Below are positions 1-9,047 of a stretch of DNA of 64,000 nt, one piece after another. Each line of letters begins with the position of its first letter. The first letter of the stretch is position 1. Source of the DNA: a virus; the IMG/VR virus record IMGVR_UViG_3300037247_000703, positions 36,331-100,330 of that record, one strand, 5' to 3'. The translations under genes and the position numbers were made by a program. The notes under the pieces are model-generated. The model was not told the DNA's origin. It saw only the letters and a list, made by a program, of their open reading frames with translations, and made no database searches.

Positions 1-330
1 CTCGCGGAACATTTCCGCGGTGTGCCTTCCCATCTCGCAAACCTCGACATGCTCGCAACCGATGCACAGGTGTTGCTCGGTATAGCGTCGAACCATCTCA
101 CCTCGGCCCTCGGCCTGCGATGGTCTGCCATCGTCTTCAGGCTCGGGGCCTTCCTCCTGTAGATCCGATGGGGATTGTGTTTCGGTTTCCGATTCCGATG
201 GGGGCACGGATAAAGAGTTCACGTCTTCGATCTTCTGCGAAACGAAGATGTGTCGCACATCGTGATCGTCCTTTGTCCGTCCACAGCAACCGCACGTCTC
301 CACGATAAGTGGTGGCTTCCCGAGTCCCAT
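1..330 (-). CDS. hypothetical Cys-rich protein, 3' end outside the window
   Basis: Hand-translated: ATG at 330 overlaps the RuvC stop (TGATG); frame open to base 1: MGLGKPPLIVETCGCC...HLCIGCEHVEVC. Confidence 0.6.
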   Translation of the reverse strand, partial: MGLGKPPLIVETCGCCGRTKDDHDVRHIFVSQKIEDVNSLSVPPSESETETQSPSDLQEEGPEPEDDGRPSQAEGRGEMVRRYTEQHLCIGCEHVEVCEMGRHTAEMFRE

Positions 331-875
331 CACGACACTCCCTTCAGCATGACGAAAACTTCAGAGTTCTTACAAACCTCTATGGCGATCATCGCGTCGT
401 AGGCGTGCTCGCGCTTCGACTTCACGGTCACAGATTCGATCAACGTCGCCATCACCGGATAGCGATCGGTGATCTCTTCGTGCAATTCCCTGTCCGTGCT
501 GTTCACCTTTCCGCAGAGCTTCTTCTTCAGCATGTTCGGGCTTATTTGAACCATCGGGATTTCCAGCTCGCTACAGATGCTCGCCAAGACTCCCCAGGCG
601 AACCCGAGCATTCTGATCGTCTTCGCATTGCGTGGCGACGACATGCCTTCGGCGCAGATCAGCTTCACATCGTTGCGGTGAACCAGAGCCATCAAGGCTG
701 CATGCAGTTCCTTGGTTCGACGGAACTCATCATCAGGTGCGAGCACCTTGTTTCGACGGTGCGATTTTTCGGTCAACACGACTCCCACGCACAGGGGGTC
801 GATCCTTTGACCCACAACGCTGGCAAGAGTCCATCCAAAGTTTGCATAACCGGGGTCGACGCCGAGAACGTTCAT
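330..875 (-). CDS. ruvC: Holliday junction resolvase, RuvC family
   Basis: N-terminal VLGVDPGYANFGW, central ICAEG, C-terminal HAYDAMIA: RuvC acidic catalytic layout. Confidence 0.9.
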   Translation of the reverse strand: MNVLGVDPGYANFGWTLASVVGQRIDPLCVGVVLTEKSHRRNKVLAPDDEFRRTKELHAALMALVHRNDVKLICAEGMSSPRNAKTIRMLGFAWGVLASICSELEIPMVQISPNMLKKKLCGKVNSTDRELHEEITDRYPVMATLIESVTVKSKREHAYDAMIAIEVCKNSEVFVMLKGVS

Positions 876-1162
876 GCGTGTCGTCTCACCTGTTGACGTA
901 GGCGCTTGAGCACCCGCGGATTGTTCAGGATGTAGCGCTTGATATCGGTCGGCATTCGACCGGCGAGTCGCATCAGTTCGTCAGCGTTCATACCGAGTGC
1001 AGACGCGAGCGACAGAATCAGCGACTCCGAAGGCGTACATTCGATCGATTCCGTCTCGACTCGCGACAGGTACGCGGGCGAGATATTGATTCGCTCTGCC
1101 AACTCGCGAAGGCCATAGCCAGCTTCCTCGCGAGCACTTCTCACTGTCGTTCCGAACGTCAT
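872..1162 (-). CDS. XRE-family HTH transcriptional regulator
   Basis: FGTTVRSAREEAGYGLRELAERINISPAYLSRVE is a typical Cro/CI HTH. Confidence 0.9.
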   Translation of the reverse strand: MTFGTTVRSAREEAGYGLRELAERINISPAYLSRVETESIECTPSESLILSLASALGMNADELMRLAGRMPTDIKRYILNNPRVLKRLRQQVRRHA

Positions 1163-2451
1163 TTTTTTGCCTTCTCCTTCTTCTCTTTCTTCTTCTCAGG
1201 CTTCTTCTCGGGCTCAGGCTTTTCCTTCCGAGCGGAGAACCGACTCTGATAGCCAGACTCGGCCATCGCGTCGATCTCGATCTTGAGCATCTTCGCTTCT
1301 GCGGCGTTCATATCCTTCGCGACCTTCTTCACGAGCACGTCGACTTTCTTGACATCGATGCTCATCACCTTCGACCGCACTTCCTCTTCTTTCAGCTCAG
1401 CCTTCTTCGCCAAGACATTGATCACGCTGTCGGGAAATTTCCGACCGTGCTTCGCCTTGTTGATCGCGTAGGTGATCCCGTTGACACTGAACGTGCCGTC
1501 GCCCTTGATCTTCGCCTTGATCAGCTTCTCCAACTCTTCCTTGCGACCCTTGAGCAGCTTGAAAATATACGTCACACGCTCTCGCTCTGCGGTGACCTCC
1601 TGCATCACTTCGGGATTCGCAATAAACATCTCGGCGAGCTTCTCATCATCGGTCGCTAAGGCGTTCTGATACTTCGGGCATTGGTTGCGCTGATCGCACC
1701 ATGCGCAGAACTCGTTCAGACGAGCGGGATAGGGTCCTACCTCGCTCTGTCGCATCAGCGACTCGACGAAGTTGCATGCGCTCTCGATCTGTTCTTCGTC
1801 ACGCGTGGTCTTCATGTCGATGCCGTGACGGAGCATGTCGAACGTGAAGGTGATCTTTTTAGCGTTCGGGTAGAGCTGTTTCGCAGCCCAGAGGTAGATC
1901 GACGGTTGCAGGTCGTTGTCGACCTGATCGCGATCGAACAGCACTCGATTCGTCTTGTAGTCTCTGACGTCGATGTGGTCGTCGCCTAGATCGTCAATGC
2001 GATCGATGAAGCCGAGGAAGTTCCAACCGGCGAGGGGCAGCTCGAAGCGCTGTTCGATCCCAATATGCCGAGCGTAGTCGACCATGCCGTTGCGTGCAGC
2101 GTAGTCAACGAGGATGTGCCGACCTTCCTCGAAGATTTCGAACTCGCTGATGTGCTTGTTCTTCTCGAAGCTCTCGCGGTAAATTTCCATCATCAGATCC
2201 TTGGGAAACGGACCGGCGATCTTCCCGTCAACGATTTGGGTCATCGTCGTTTCCAGCGTGCCGTGCATGAGGTTGCCAAAATGCAGTGGCAGACCGGGCT
2301 CGGACTTGAGACGCTGGACGTAACGCATCTCGAACGAGAGCGGGCACTGCTCGAACCGCTTGACTCTCGACACGCTGATCAGATCATTCGCGTAGGCCGG
2401 GCGTTCGCGGTGCAAGACGATAGGAGTGGTCAGGTGATTGAGCGAGAGCAT
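1159..2451 (-). CDS. PD-(D/E)XK exonuclease (RecB/AddB/Cas4-like, Fe-S cysteines)
   Basis: SVSRVKRFEQCP, GNLMH, GFIDRID, DYKT, QPSIY, CAWCDQRNQC. Confidence 0.9.
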   Translation of the reverse strand: MLSLNHLTTPIVLHRERPAYANDLISVSRVKRFEQCPLSFEMRYVQRLKSEPGLPLHFGNLMHGTLETTMTQIVDGKIAGPFPKDLMMEIYRESFEKNKHISEFEIFEEGRHILVDYAARNGMVDYARHIGIEQRFELPLAGWNFLGFIDRIDDLGDDHIDVRDYKTNRVLFDRDQVDNDLQPSIYLWAAKQLYPNAKKITFTFDMLRHGIDMKTTRDEEQIESACNFVESLMRQSEVGPYPARLNEFCAWCDQRNQCPKYQNALATDDEKLAEMFIANPEVMQEVTAERERVTYIFKLLKGRKEELEKLIKAKIKGDGTFSVNGITYAINKAKHGRKFPDSVINVLAKKAELKEEEVRSKVMSIDVKKVDVLVKKVAKDMNAAEAKMLKIEIDAMAESGYQSRFSARKEKPEPEKKPEKKKEKKEKAKK

Positions 2452-2455
2452 GGTT

Positions 2456-3070
2456 CTAAGCCTCCACGAAGGTTTTGGTGAACTGGGAAACGCGACAGCC
2501 GGGAAACGCGGCGATCAGCCGACACAGCGTCAACAGATGCTCGGGGGTGATTTCTTTTCGATTCGCGTCGGTGTAGTTGGGCACGAGCCAGAACTCGCCG
2601 ATCGCTTCGGACGTAATGCAGACCTCTACACCGAGTGCTCGAAAGCTCGCTACCTCGATCTCCGAGGGCAGGCCATCAACCTTGAGCTGTCGGTCATCAT
2701 CGGCCGCCACAGGCGCTGTAACGGCCTGTGGCGTCGGCGGTGGCGACAGCGGTGCCGTCGGCTCATCGGGGGAGGCATCCGTAACGGGGAAGCTGGTGAG
2801 ACGGTCGAGCATCTTCGCCTTCCAACCCGGCCGGAAGTACAGCTCGTCGGCGACCGCACTCACGTAGTCGGGGTTCGCTTCGACGAAGGCCGCTGACATC
2901 GGATTGGGGATGGGTTTGCCACTGTTCCGGCGAAGCCACTCTTCACAAACGGGGTGGGCGAGCAGACCGCATGACCGATCCTCCGCGAAGTGCCGACAGC
3001 GTTTTTTCTCTCCCTCGGCCTCGTACTCAGGACAGAGGATCTGACTCGAATTGGTTTTGATAACCATCAA
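2456..3070 (-). CDS. hypothetical protein with N-terminal 4-Cys motif
   Basis: CPEY..RCRHF..SCG..VCEEW, Pro-rich linker, globular C-terminus; co-oriented with the replication genes. Confidence 0.75.
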   Translation of the reverse strand: MMVIKTNSSQILCPEYEAEGEKKRCRHFAEDRSCGLLAHPVCEEWLRRNSGKPIPNPMSAAFVEANPDYVSAVADELYFRPGWKAKMLDRLTSFPVTDASPDEPTAPLSPPPTPQAVTAPVAADDDRQLKVDGLPSEIEVASFRALGVEVCITSEAIGEFWLVPNYTDANRKEITPEHLLTLCRLIAAFPGCRVSQFTKTFVEA

Positions 3071-3107
3071 ACTCTCTTTGTTGGACCTATTTTCAACCAG
3101 TTAGACC

Positions 3108-3551
3108 GAGTTACCGGTAACTCATTGATGATTTACCGAGTAAGTCGTCGCCAAAAACAATGAACAATAACAGCAATCTAAGTATGGTTTACCCCGTGAT
3201 TACCGGGTTTACCGGGTTTTGTCAGATGAAACTACCTACACTAGGGATCACATACACGCAGAGGGGGGAGGGGGTTTTTATCTCTCACACCCTCTAGTAT
3301 AGATATATATATATATTAGGTAATATAGGTAACTAAGGGGTTTCTCCCAGCCTACCTCGTGGAACTCTTCAGCTTTCTCCTGCCACCCCCAACCGGTAAG
3401 ATGCCACTTAGATCCGGCATCTTGGTCGGTGCTGCCACAAACCGTGCCAAGCCGACTTGACATCGTGCGGAACACTTGTTGCATACGGCCCTGTGGCAAA
3501 ACAGCATGGGGGCCCGGGACCATCAACCCGGAAACCCGGTAAACCCGGTAA
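3108..3551. other. putative replication origin (inverted iterons flanking an AT-rich core)
   Basis: Palindrome GAGTTACCGGTAACTC at 3108-3123; TTACCGGGTTTACCGGGTTT at 3200-3219 with its exact reverse complement at 3532-3551; (AT)n run at 3303-3316; markedly AT-rich stretch. Confidence 0.65.
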
Positions 3552-4072
3552 CTCGGGGGCAAGACTCGTTGAGCCCCTTCGCGTCGAGTCTCGCGACTCG
3601 CGACGTCAATCGAGCCCCTTCTAAGGTGCTGATCTAGCGAACCTTGAGTTTGCTCTCCGACCCTACGAGCACGCCCGATTCGACCATGAGACCCCCCGAC
3701 CGGCCCTAGTTGCCCCCCGAGCGGGTAGGTGGCCTGCGGACTGAGGTACGCCGCAGCGAGAATGGCGCCTACGCAGGCCCCGAGCACGGCCGCGACAGCG
3801 CGCGTAGGACGCCCGTCACGCCCGCGAAGTGATGTCGGCGCCGCGATGGTCCGGGCTCGCGGAACGGCTGCCACAGGACGCCTGACAGCTCCGTCGACGG
3901 GCAGTCTACCGCCCGCCTGCCGCCCGGATTCCCGGTCGCCTGCGCTGGCGAACAGAGCCACGATCGCCTCGCGCGCCGACCACTGCGGATTGCTCGCCCA
4001 CCACGCCATCGCGCCGTAGACGACCGCCATCGCCCCCACAACCCCATACACCGTCCACAACCCCATACTCAC
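3278..4072 (-). CDS. hypothetical membrane protein; C-terminal half doubtful because it runs into the origin
   Basis: GTGA overlap with the upstream stop; N-terminal TM LWTVYGVVGAMAVVYGAMAWW and a second hydrophobic segment. Confidence 0.4.
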   Translation of the reverse strand: MSMGLWTVYGVVGAMAVVYGAMAWWASNPQWSAREAIVALFASAGDRESGRQAGGRLPVDGAVRRPVAAVPRARTIAAPTSLRGRDGRPTRAVAAVLGACVGAILAAAYLSPQATYPLGGQLGPVGGSHGRIGRARRVGEQTQGSLDQHLRRGSIDVASRETRREGAQRVLPPSYRVYRVSGLMVPGPHAVLPQGRMQQVFRTMSSRLGTVCGSTDQDAGSKWHLTGWGWQEKAEEFHEVGWEKPLSYLYYLIYIYIYTRGCER

Positions 4073-4389
4073 GAGTGGAGCCCCGCATCGCAAGGATCGA
4101 GCGGTCCCGCCCCGCAGACGTCGCAGGCGATGCACGCCGACCGCGGCATTTTTCGGGGTCGGCCCGCCATCGCCGACAGCCGGGCATCGCGAATCGCCTC
4201 GATACTCCGACGGACCGGATCGGCGTTGAGCACGCGCGCCCGCGGCACCTGTGGCGGGGTCCCCGCCTCCGGGGGCACGATTTCGCCCTCGAACTGTCGC
4301 CGCCGTCGGGTGTAGACGATCTCGGTGATCACGATGCCAGCTGCGCTGGAGAGGCAGAAGGCGAGCGAGATCCACATCGTGAGGGTCAC
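4069..4389 (-). CDS. small membrane protein with C-terminal Cys cluster
   Basis: N-terminal TM, RRRR, VPPEAG, CIACDVC; GTGA overlaps at both ends. Confidence 0.7.
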   Translation of the reverse strand: MTLTMWISLAFCLSSAAGIVITEIVYTRRRRQFEGEIVPPEAGTPPQVPRARVLNADPVRRSIEAIRDARLSAMAGRPRKMPRSACIACDVCGAGPLDPCDAGLHS

Positions 4390-4973
4390 GAGCGCCGCCT
4401 CCTACCGCCGCCGGGAAGCAACGAGAACGGCCCCTCGATCTTCGGGGGCTTGGGGGGGTCTGCCGCCGGAGCCTTGCGGCCTACGTCGCCTATGGGCAGG
4501 CTGAATACGTCGCCAGACGGTGAGCGCGTGGCGGGTGTCTGGCCGATCATGCCGCTCTTGTCGGTGCCACGCCGCCCACCGCCGGGAAGGCACGAGAACG
4601 TGCGCTCCGATTTTTTGTCGTCGTCGTCGCTCCAGGGGCGCTCCCAGCCCTCGCCCGCATGGGACCAGAAGCGCGGCGCACGTTCGTCAGGCGGGTCGAC
4701 GTGGCTGACCGCGCCAAAGTCGTTGTGCCGCTCGATGGCCGGCAGCGCTTGTCGCCGGATCGCCGGGAACCTCGACCTCGGCATCGCGGTCGCCGTCGGT
4801 AGCGGCGCCATAGGCCCGCCGGCTTCCGGTGGCACTTCGTCTTCGGTCCAGCCGCGCCACGCGCGCCGTAGCACTGCCACGCCGCCGACGACCACCATGA
4901 CGGTTGCAACCGCCGCCAGCGTAAACGCCAGCCACGAGACGCCGATATGGGCTTGGATAAATTCGTAGATCAT
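4386..4973 (-). CDS. membrane-anchored Pro-rich protein
   Basis: N-terminal TM, then RRAWR and VPPEAG; coupled overlaps. Confidence 0.7.
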   Translation of the reverse strand: MIYEFIQAHIGVSWLAFTLAAVATVMVVVGGVAVLRRAWRGWTEDEVPPEAGGPMAPLPTATAMPRSRFPAIRRQALPAIERHNDFGAVSHVDPPDERAPRFWSHAGEGWERPWSDDDDKKSERTFSCLPGGGRRGTDKSGMIGQTPATRSPSGDVFSLPIGDVGRKAPAADPPKPPKIEGPFSLLPGGGRRRRS

Positions 4974-5179
4974 TGTGCTCTCCTGCGCCTCGACATGTCG
5001 CGCGCTGTGGGCATCGGATCCGGTTCGGGCTCCGATGCTGGGATGCCGCCTGTCGCGAGTCGATGTTCAGTGTCTCGAATGACGCGCATGACCTGTCGGA
5101 CGATCGGCCCGACGCCGACGGCAATAATGATCAGGAGGATCGCGTTCACGATCTCGTTCGCGACGTATTCGAGCGTCAC
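4970..5179 (-). CDS. small membrane protein
   Basis: AILLIIIAVGVGPIV TM; overlap-coupled. Confidence 0.7.
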   Translation of the reverse strand: MTLEYVANEIVNAILLIIIAVGVGPIVRQVMRVIRDTEHRLATGGIPASEPEPDPMPTARDMSRRRRAQ

Positions 5180-5433
5180 AGGTTCATCCCCTCGAATGCT
5201 TCATCAACGCGAGCGCGCCATTCCTCTTTTGGGAATGATCGCGCGTACAAAAATGCGGTCAGTTCACCGACGCCGTAGCCGCCGCGACAAGACCCGGTAA
5301 TCATCGCAGCCTGCGGTCCCCACAGGTGGCAGTACACCTCGTAGGCTCGCAGCACCACCTCTTCTCTGAGCGTGGCGCGCCGGAGATTTCTTGTCTGCGC
5401 GATCTGCACAGGCATCGTCTTGACGTCGCTCAC
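5176..5433 (-). CDS. hypothetical protein
   Basis: Start reassigned to the GTG overlapping the upstream stop; AYEVYCHLWGPQ...CRGGYGVGEL. Confidence 0.7.
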   Translation of the reverse strand: MSDVKTMPVQIAQTRNLRRATLREEVVLRAYEVYCHLWGPQAAMITGSCRGGYGVGELTAFLYARSFPKEEWRARVDEAFEGMNL

Positions 5434-5732
5434 GAGCCCCGCTCCTTGTGCCACGTCTCGAACAGTTTCAGCTTGTCGCGTGCACGTTTCTTGATACGCC
5501 CTCCGTCGAGCCCGTTGTGATAGATCACGAAGTCCCATGCCGCGATCACGTCGGCTAGCTCGTCTTCGAGTCGTTCGCGAAGATCGGTGCCATCCCAATG
5601 GTTCGACTCGCCTGCGAGTGCGATCAGCTTGCCGCACACTTGTGTGACTTCGCCCGCTTCCTCGATCAGTTTGCTGATGCCCGGCCACACGTTCGAGCCG
5701 ATGGAAAAATCGCCGCTTCCTTGTGGTGTCAC
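5430..5732 (-). CDS. MazG-like NTP pyrophosphohydrolase fold protein
   Basis: KLIEEAGEV...LEDELADV (EExxE / ExxD helical motif). Confidence 0.7.
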   Translation of the reverse strand: MTPQGSGDFSIGSNVWPGISKLIEEAGEVTQVCGKLIALAGESNHWDGTDLRERLEDELADVIAAWDFVIYHNGLDGGRIKKRARDKLKLFETWHKERGS

Positions 5733-5908
5733 CGTGCGTCTCCGATGACGACTGTCGCCACCTCGATCAGTCGTGGCCCATGCGCGCCGCAGTCACCGCC
5801 TGAAAGGCGTGCGCAGTCGCGGCACCATCGCCACCATCGCGGCGGACAAATGCAGTGCCGCCCCGTGGAGCCGCCGCATGCGCTGCAAGGATTCAACGAT
5901 CGTGTCAT
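5729..5908 (-). CDS. 59-aa Cys-rich protein (absent from the ORF track)
   Basis: Hand-translated MTRSLNPCSACGG...CICPPRWWRWCRDC...; overlaps neighbours at both ends; SD AGGAG. Confidence 0.6.
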   Translation of the reverse strand: MTRSLNPCSACGGSTGRHCICPPRWWRWCRDCARLSGGDCGAHGPRLIEVATVVIGDAR

Positions 5909-6078
5909 CGTGCTCTCCTACTCCGGGCCACTGCCCGTGCTGCTTGCCGGTTCCGGCGCCTAGCCGCGCCCGCCCGCTCTCGATAGCTCAGCGGCTTTTT
6001 TGGCTTCGTCCATCGCCAGATTCCGAAGAACACCAAACCGACCGCGATCCCGACCACGATTGCCATCCCCTCGCTCAC
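5905..6078 (-). CDS. small membrane protein with basic tail
   Basis: MAIVVGIAVGLVFFGIWRW TM; GTGA overlap. Confidence 0.65.
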   Translation of the reverse strand: MSEGMAIVVGIAVGLVFFGIWRWTKPKKPLSYRERAGAARRRNRQAARAVARSRRAR

Positions 6079-6419
6079 TTCGAACCTCCGATCGCCGTCG
6101 CCGGGCAGCCGGGCTGACCGCAGCATACCTCTAGATCGCCTACAGCCGCGCCGCAGCCGATACATGTTCCTGGACCGCCAACGTCCAGACCGCCGCGTAT
6201 GATCGCGCATGACCCCGGCTCGCCTGCGACAGCTCGCCGCGCCTCTTCAACGCTGTCGAATGCGCCATCGCATTGGGCATTCCGAATCGCGGCGACGGTC
6301 TCACTGATCGATGAGGTATCGATTGTCGGTCGGCGACGTCGTCGACGCCACGCGCTGAAGGCGTATCCCCAGCCGAACAGACCGACCGCGCAGACGATGA
6401 TCAGCAGTACGTCGCTCAC
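6075..6419 (-). CDS. small membrane protein with C-terminal Cys cluster
   Basis: VLLIIVCAVGLFGWGYAF TM, RRRRRR, CIGC..CC..C; GTGA overlap. Confidence 0.65.
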   Translation of the reverse strand: MSDVLLIIVCAVGLFGWGYAFSAWRRRRRRPTIDTSSISETVAAIRNAQCDGAFDSVEEARRAVAGEPGSCAIIRGGLDVGGPGTCIGCGAAVGDLEVCCGQPGCPATAIGGSK

Positions 6420-7054
6420 GGCGAGCACGCTCCGTCGTGGCCGTAGAGGCGCCTGCAGGCTACTCGAACGCGCCCGATGCCGCACGTTGGATGACCGTTC
6501 CATGTGCACTCGTCTTTGTGGTCGGTGTCCAGCGAGCAACCGGGCTCGTGCCAGAGCCACAGTAGTTCTCCGTGCAACACGGCGCTCGATCGCATTCGGC
6601 AGGTCAGTTCGCGCTCGTGGCCGGCGATCAGCGCGCAGTTCAGCTCGTCGCAGCGTTTCGAGCGATCGATGTCGCCCATCATCTCGTCAGGGTCGTCGCC
6701 GTCGACAGTGACTTTCTCGGCCGCGAGCGACATCAGCTTCCCGCCGGCACGCTTGCCGGCACGCACGATCGAGATGGTCACGCCGAGATCGGTCATCAAT
6801 TGTTTCTCGTTCCGCGAGTCGTTGAACAGCGCCAACGCGCCTACTGGCGTCCACAGACATTTCGCGTGACAAGGCAGGCGCGAGCCAGCCCATGGTCGCC
6901 ATTTGTCATTGCAGACCGGGCATGTTCGCCACGCGCTTGCGCCGATAGGCCATGCTTGCGCGCGCATCGACATCACGAACCATTCGTGCGTGACGCCGAT
7001 TTCGTAGGGTTCGACGAGTATGGCTCGCGATGCTCTGTGACCGACGGCTCTCAT
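6416..7054 (-). CDS. hypothetical Cys/His-rich protein, possibly two fused genes
   Basis: ATGA overlap start at 7054; CPVC, CDELNC; internal MSLAAEK. Confidence 0.6.
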   Translation of the reverse strand: MRAVGHRASRAILVEPYEIGVTHEWFVMSMRAQAWPIGASAWRTCPVCNDKWRPWAGSRLPCHAKCLWTPVGALALFNDSRNEKQLMTDLGVTISIVRAGKRAGGKLMSLAAEKVTVDGDDPDEMMGDIDRSKRCDELNCALIAGHERELTCRMRSSAVLHGELLWLWHEPGCSLDTDHKDECTWNGHPTCGIGRVRVACRRLYGHDGACSP

Positions 7055-7548
7055 GATGCACACTCCGACAGCAGCGGCGCCGCGCAGCTCGGGCACGCCG
7101 CCATCGAGCGCCGCAGCATGGACGCAATGAATCGCCATGTCGGCGCGTCGGTTTCGCGCCACGGCGCTTTGACGGTGAACTCGACCTTCGTCGCGACGTG
7201 CCGGTTCGGTTCGTCGTTCGTGATTTCGATCAGGCCGCACTCGATCGGTATGTTCGCCGGGCTGATGACGCCCTTGGGCGCGACGAAGTAAAACTGATTG
7301 GCGTAGAGCAGCGCCGGCCGTCTCTTGACCGGCTGTTCGAGTTCGCGCAAATAGTCGCGCTTGCTCACCTTGATTTCGTAGGCGGTGCGCACGTTGTGCT
7401 TGCTCGGATACGGCGACATCGCGAACGCGTCGATCCGTCGTTCGCTGTCGACGCCCCATCCTGCCCCCGCGCGCAGCTCGGCGAAGAAGATGTCTTCGGC
7501 GTGTAGCTCGCGCAGGAGTGCGGTGATTCGCTTTGATGTCCACTTCAT
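7051..7548 (-). CDS. PD-(D/E)XK nuclease-like protein (MmcB-like)
   Basis: RRIDAF...AYEIKVSKRDY...FYFVAPKGVI...GLI. Confidence 0.75.
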   Translation of the reverse strand: MKWTSKRITALLRELHAEDIFFAELRAGAGWGVDSERRIDAFAMSPYPSKHNVRTAYEIKVSKRDYLRELEQPVKRRPALLYANQFYFVAPKGVISPANIPIECGLIEITNDEPNRHVATKVEFTVKAPWRETDAPTWRFIASMLRRSMAACPSCAAPLLSECAS

Positions 7549-7763
7549 GACTTCAATTCCTCTATCGCATCCGGCTCAGTCAACGCGTCGGCAAGGTCTT
7601 CATCACCGGCTTCGATCTGCTCGCTTAGATCGGCGCCAAACTCTTCGGTCCAACCGCACGCCATGCACCACGACGGCGATGTCATCACGCCCACGCCGAC
7701 GTCGACTTCGTTGCGATCAATCGAGTCTTGCCCGCACTCGGGGCACAGCTCCTTTTTCGTCAT
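7545..7763 (-). CDS. small Zn-ribbon acidic protein
   Basis: CPECG...CMACG. Confidence 0.7.
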   Translation of the reverse strand: MTKKELCPECGQDSIDRNEVDVGVGVMTSPSWCMACGWTEEFGADLSEQIEAGDEDLADALTEPDAIEELKS

Positions 7764-8056
7764 GCGCGCGCCTCTTTGAGTTCGGCGATAGCCGCGAGCG
7801 CACGCTCACCGAATAAGTTGCCGCCCTCGTTGTCGTATTGAATGAACGCTAGGTGCGGTTGCCCATGACCGCAACAAGCATTCATGACGCCGGGCAAGGT
7901 GCCCAGGCAGCCATCGTGCCCGTCGGGCGTATTGGCGAGCCCGCAGAAACCGCAGTCCCTGTTCGGCGTCTCGGCGACAGGTTCGCGCGTGTCGGCGTAG
8001 AGGCAGAGAACGCGGTGTCCTCTGTGCATGTCTTCGCTCTTGGCTGTGGAAGACAT
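7760..8056 (-). CDS. Cys-rich hypothetical protein
   Basis: CGFCG..GHDGCLG..NACCGHG. Confidence 0.7.
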   Translation of the reverse strand: MSSTAKSEDMHRGHRVLCLYADTREPVAETPNRDCGFCGLANTPDGHDGCLGTLPGVMNACCGHGQPHLAFIQYDNEGGNLFGERALAAIAELKEARA

Positions 8057-8059
8057 GGG

Positions 8060-8263
8060 TTACGTTTTCTGTGACTCCAGGTAGGCGATGTATCGCCCGA
8101 GCCAGCCATGAACGCGCCGTAATCCTTCCAGTGTCGCGCGCGGCGCGGCATCCTCTCCCCATAGGATGTCGATGTTTGCATCTCTTGCTGCGGGTGCGGC
8201 TTCGAGAACGATTACCTGATCATCTAGATAGAGCGGTCGCGGTTTCTTAGTCGTGGAAGACAT
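8060..8263 (-). CDS. hypothetical protein
   Basis: Fills the operon; protein-like composition. Confidence 0.6.
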   Translation of the reverse strand: MSSTTKKPRPLYLDDQVIVLEAAPAARDANIDILWGEDAAPRATLEGLRRVHGWLGRYIAYLESQKT

Positions 8264-9047
8264 AGCTCACGTTCCTTACGTTGGGGGACCAGCAAGCGCG
8301 GCACGAGCCGCAGCGGTGTTCGCGCGACGGAGCAAGGCACTCGATCGACTCGTTGGCCTTGTCGCCGCGTACAGGATGCCCGGTGAAGCGGTGCACGCTC
8401 GACGTCGTGAGAGCAGCGAGCCGGCCCTCGAACTCGGGCCACTCGTCAAGATAGTCGGCCGACAATCGCACGACGAGATTCTCGGGGAATCTGTCGGCCG
8501 CGTCGTCATCGACGAGCGCGAGGTAATCGGCGACCATCAAATGCTCGCGCGTCGGAAGCCAGTGGTGAACGGTCTCGGTCCGGTAGGCCACCGAGACGAT
8601 GTTGCGAAGGTGCCAGACCGCGGCAAGGTCGCCCGAGTCGTGCCATCGAAACCACGACTTCTCAGGACCGACGCAGCGCAGCCGAATCATCCGAACCATC
8701 GCATCGACCCATCGCGGATCGTGGATCGCCTTCTGTCGATAACTGCGTGACTTGGCGCTCGTGCTGAATTGGTAAAAGCCTCCGAGCGTGTAGCAGCCCG
8801 AGCACACCGAGCCTTCCTCGACCATCAGTTTCTGACCGCGTTTGCATTCGTGCGAGTCGAGGCCGTAGGTGTAGCCGGGCATCTTTGTCGTATGCCCGAG
8901 CTTGCCCGCGATCATCTCCGCGCGCCGCAGCGTGATGCGCCGGTCCGGCTCGACTGGCCCGTGTTTCACTTCGTCGAGCAGACAATCCGGGCAGCGACAC
9001 CACGGCGGATCTCTGAGCACAGGAAGATTCAATCGCCGAACACTCAC
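8247..9047 (-). CDS. Gp88-like Fe-S/radical-SAM-related phage protein
   Basis: KMPG, C...CSGCY, FRWHDSGD, HWLPTRE, NLVVRLS, C..CGSCRACW; start reassigned to the GTGA overlap. Confidence 0.7.
   Translation of the reverse strand: MSVRRLNLPVLRDPPWCRCPDCLLDEVKHGPVEPDRRITLRRAEMIAGKLGHTTKMPGYTYGLDSHECKRGQKLMVEEGSVCSGCYTLGGFYQFSTSAKSRSYRQKAIHDPRWVDAMVRMIRLRCVGPEKSWFRWHDSGDLAAVWHLRNIVSVAYRTETVHHWLPTREHLMVADYLALVDDDAADRFPENLVVRLSADYLDEWPEFEGRLAALTTSSVHRFTGHPVRGDKANESIECLAPSREHRCGSCRACWSPNVRNVSYVFHD

Noticed and set aside
1159-2451. Cas4-like nuclease plus DinG as a type IV CRISPR system
   Set aside because: No Cas5/6/7 genes and no repeat-spacer array; both are common phage replication/recombination genes
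3433-3450. Sigma54 promoter TTGGCACGGTTTGTGGCA on the minus strand
   Set aside because: GG-to-GC spacing is 11, not 10
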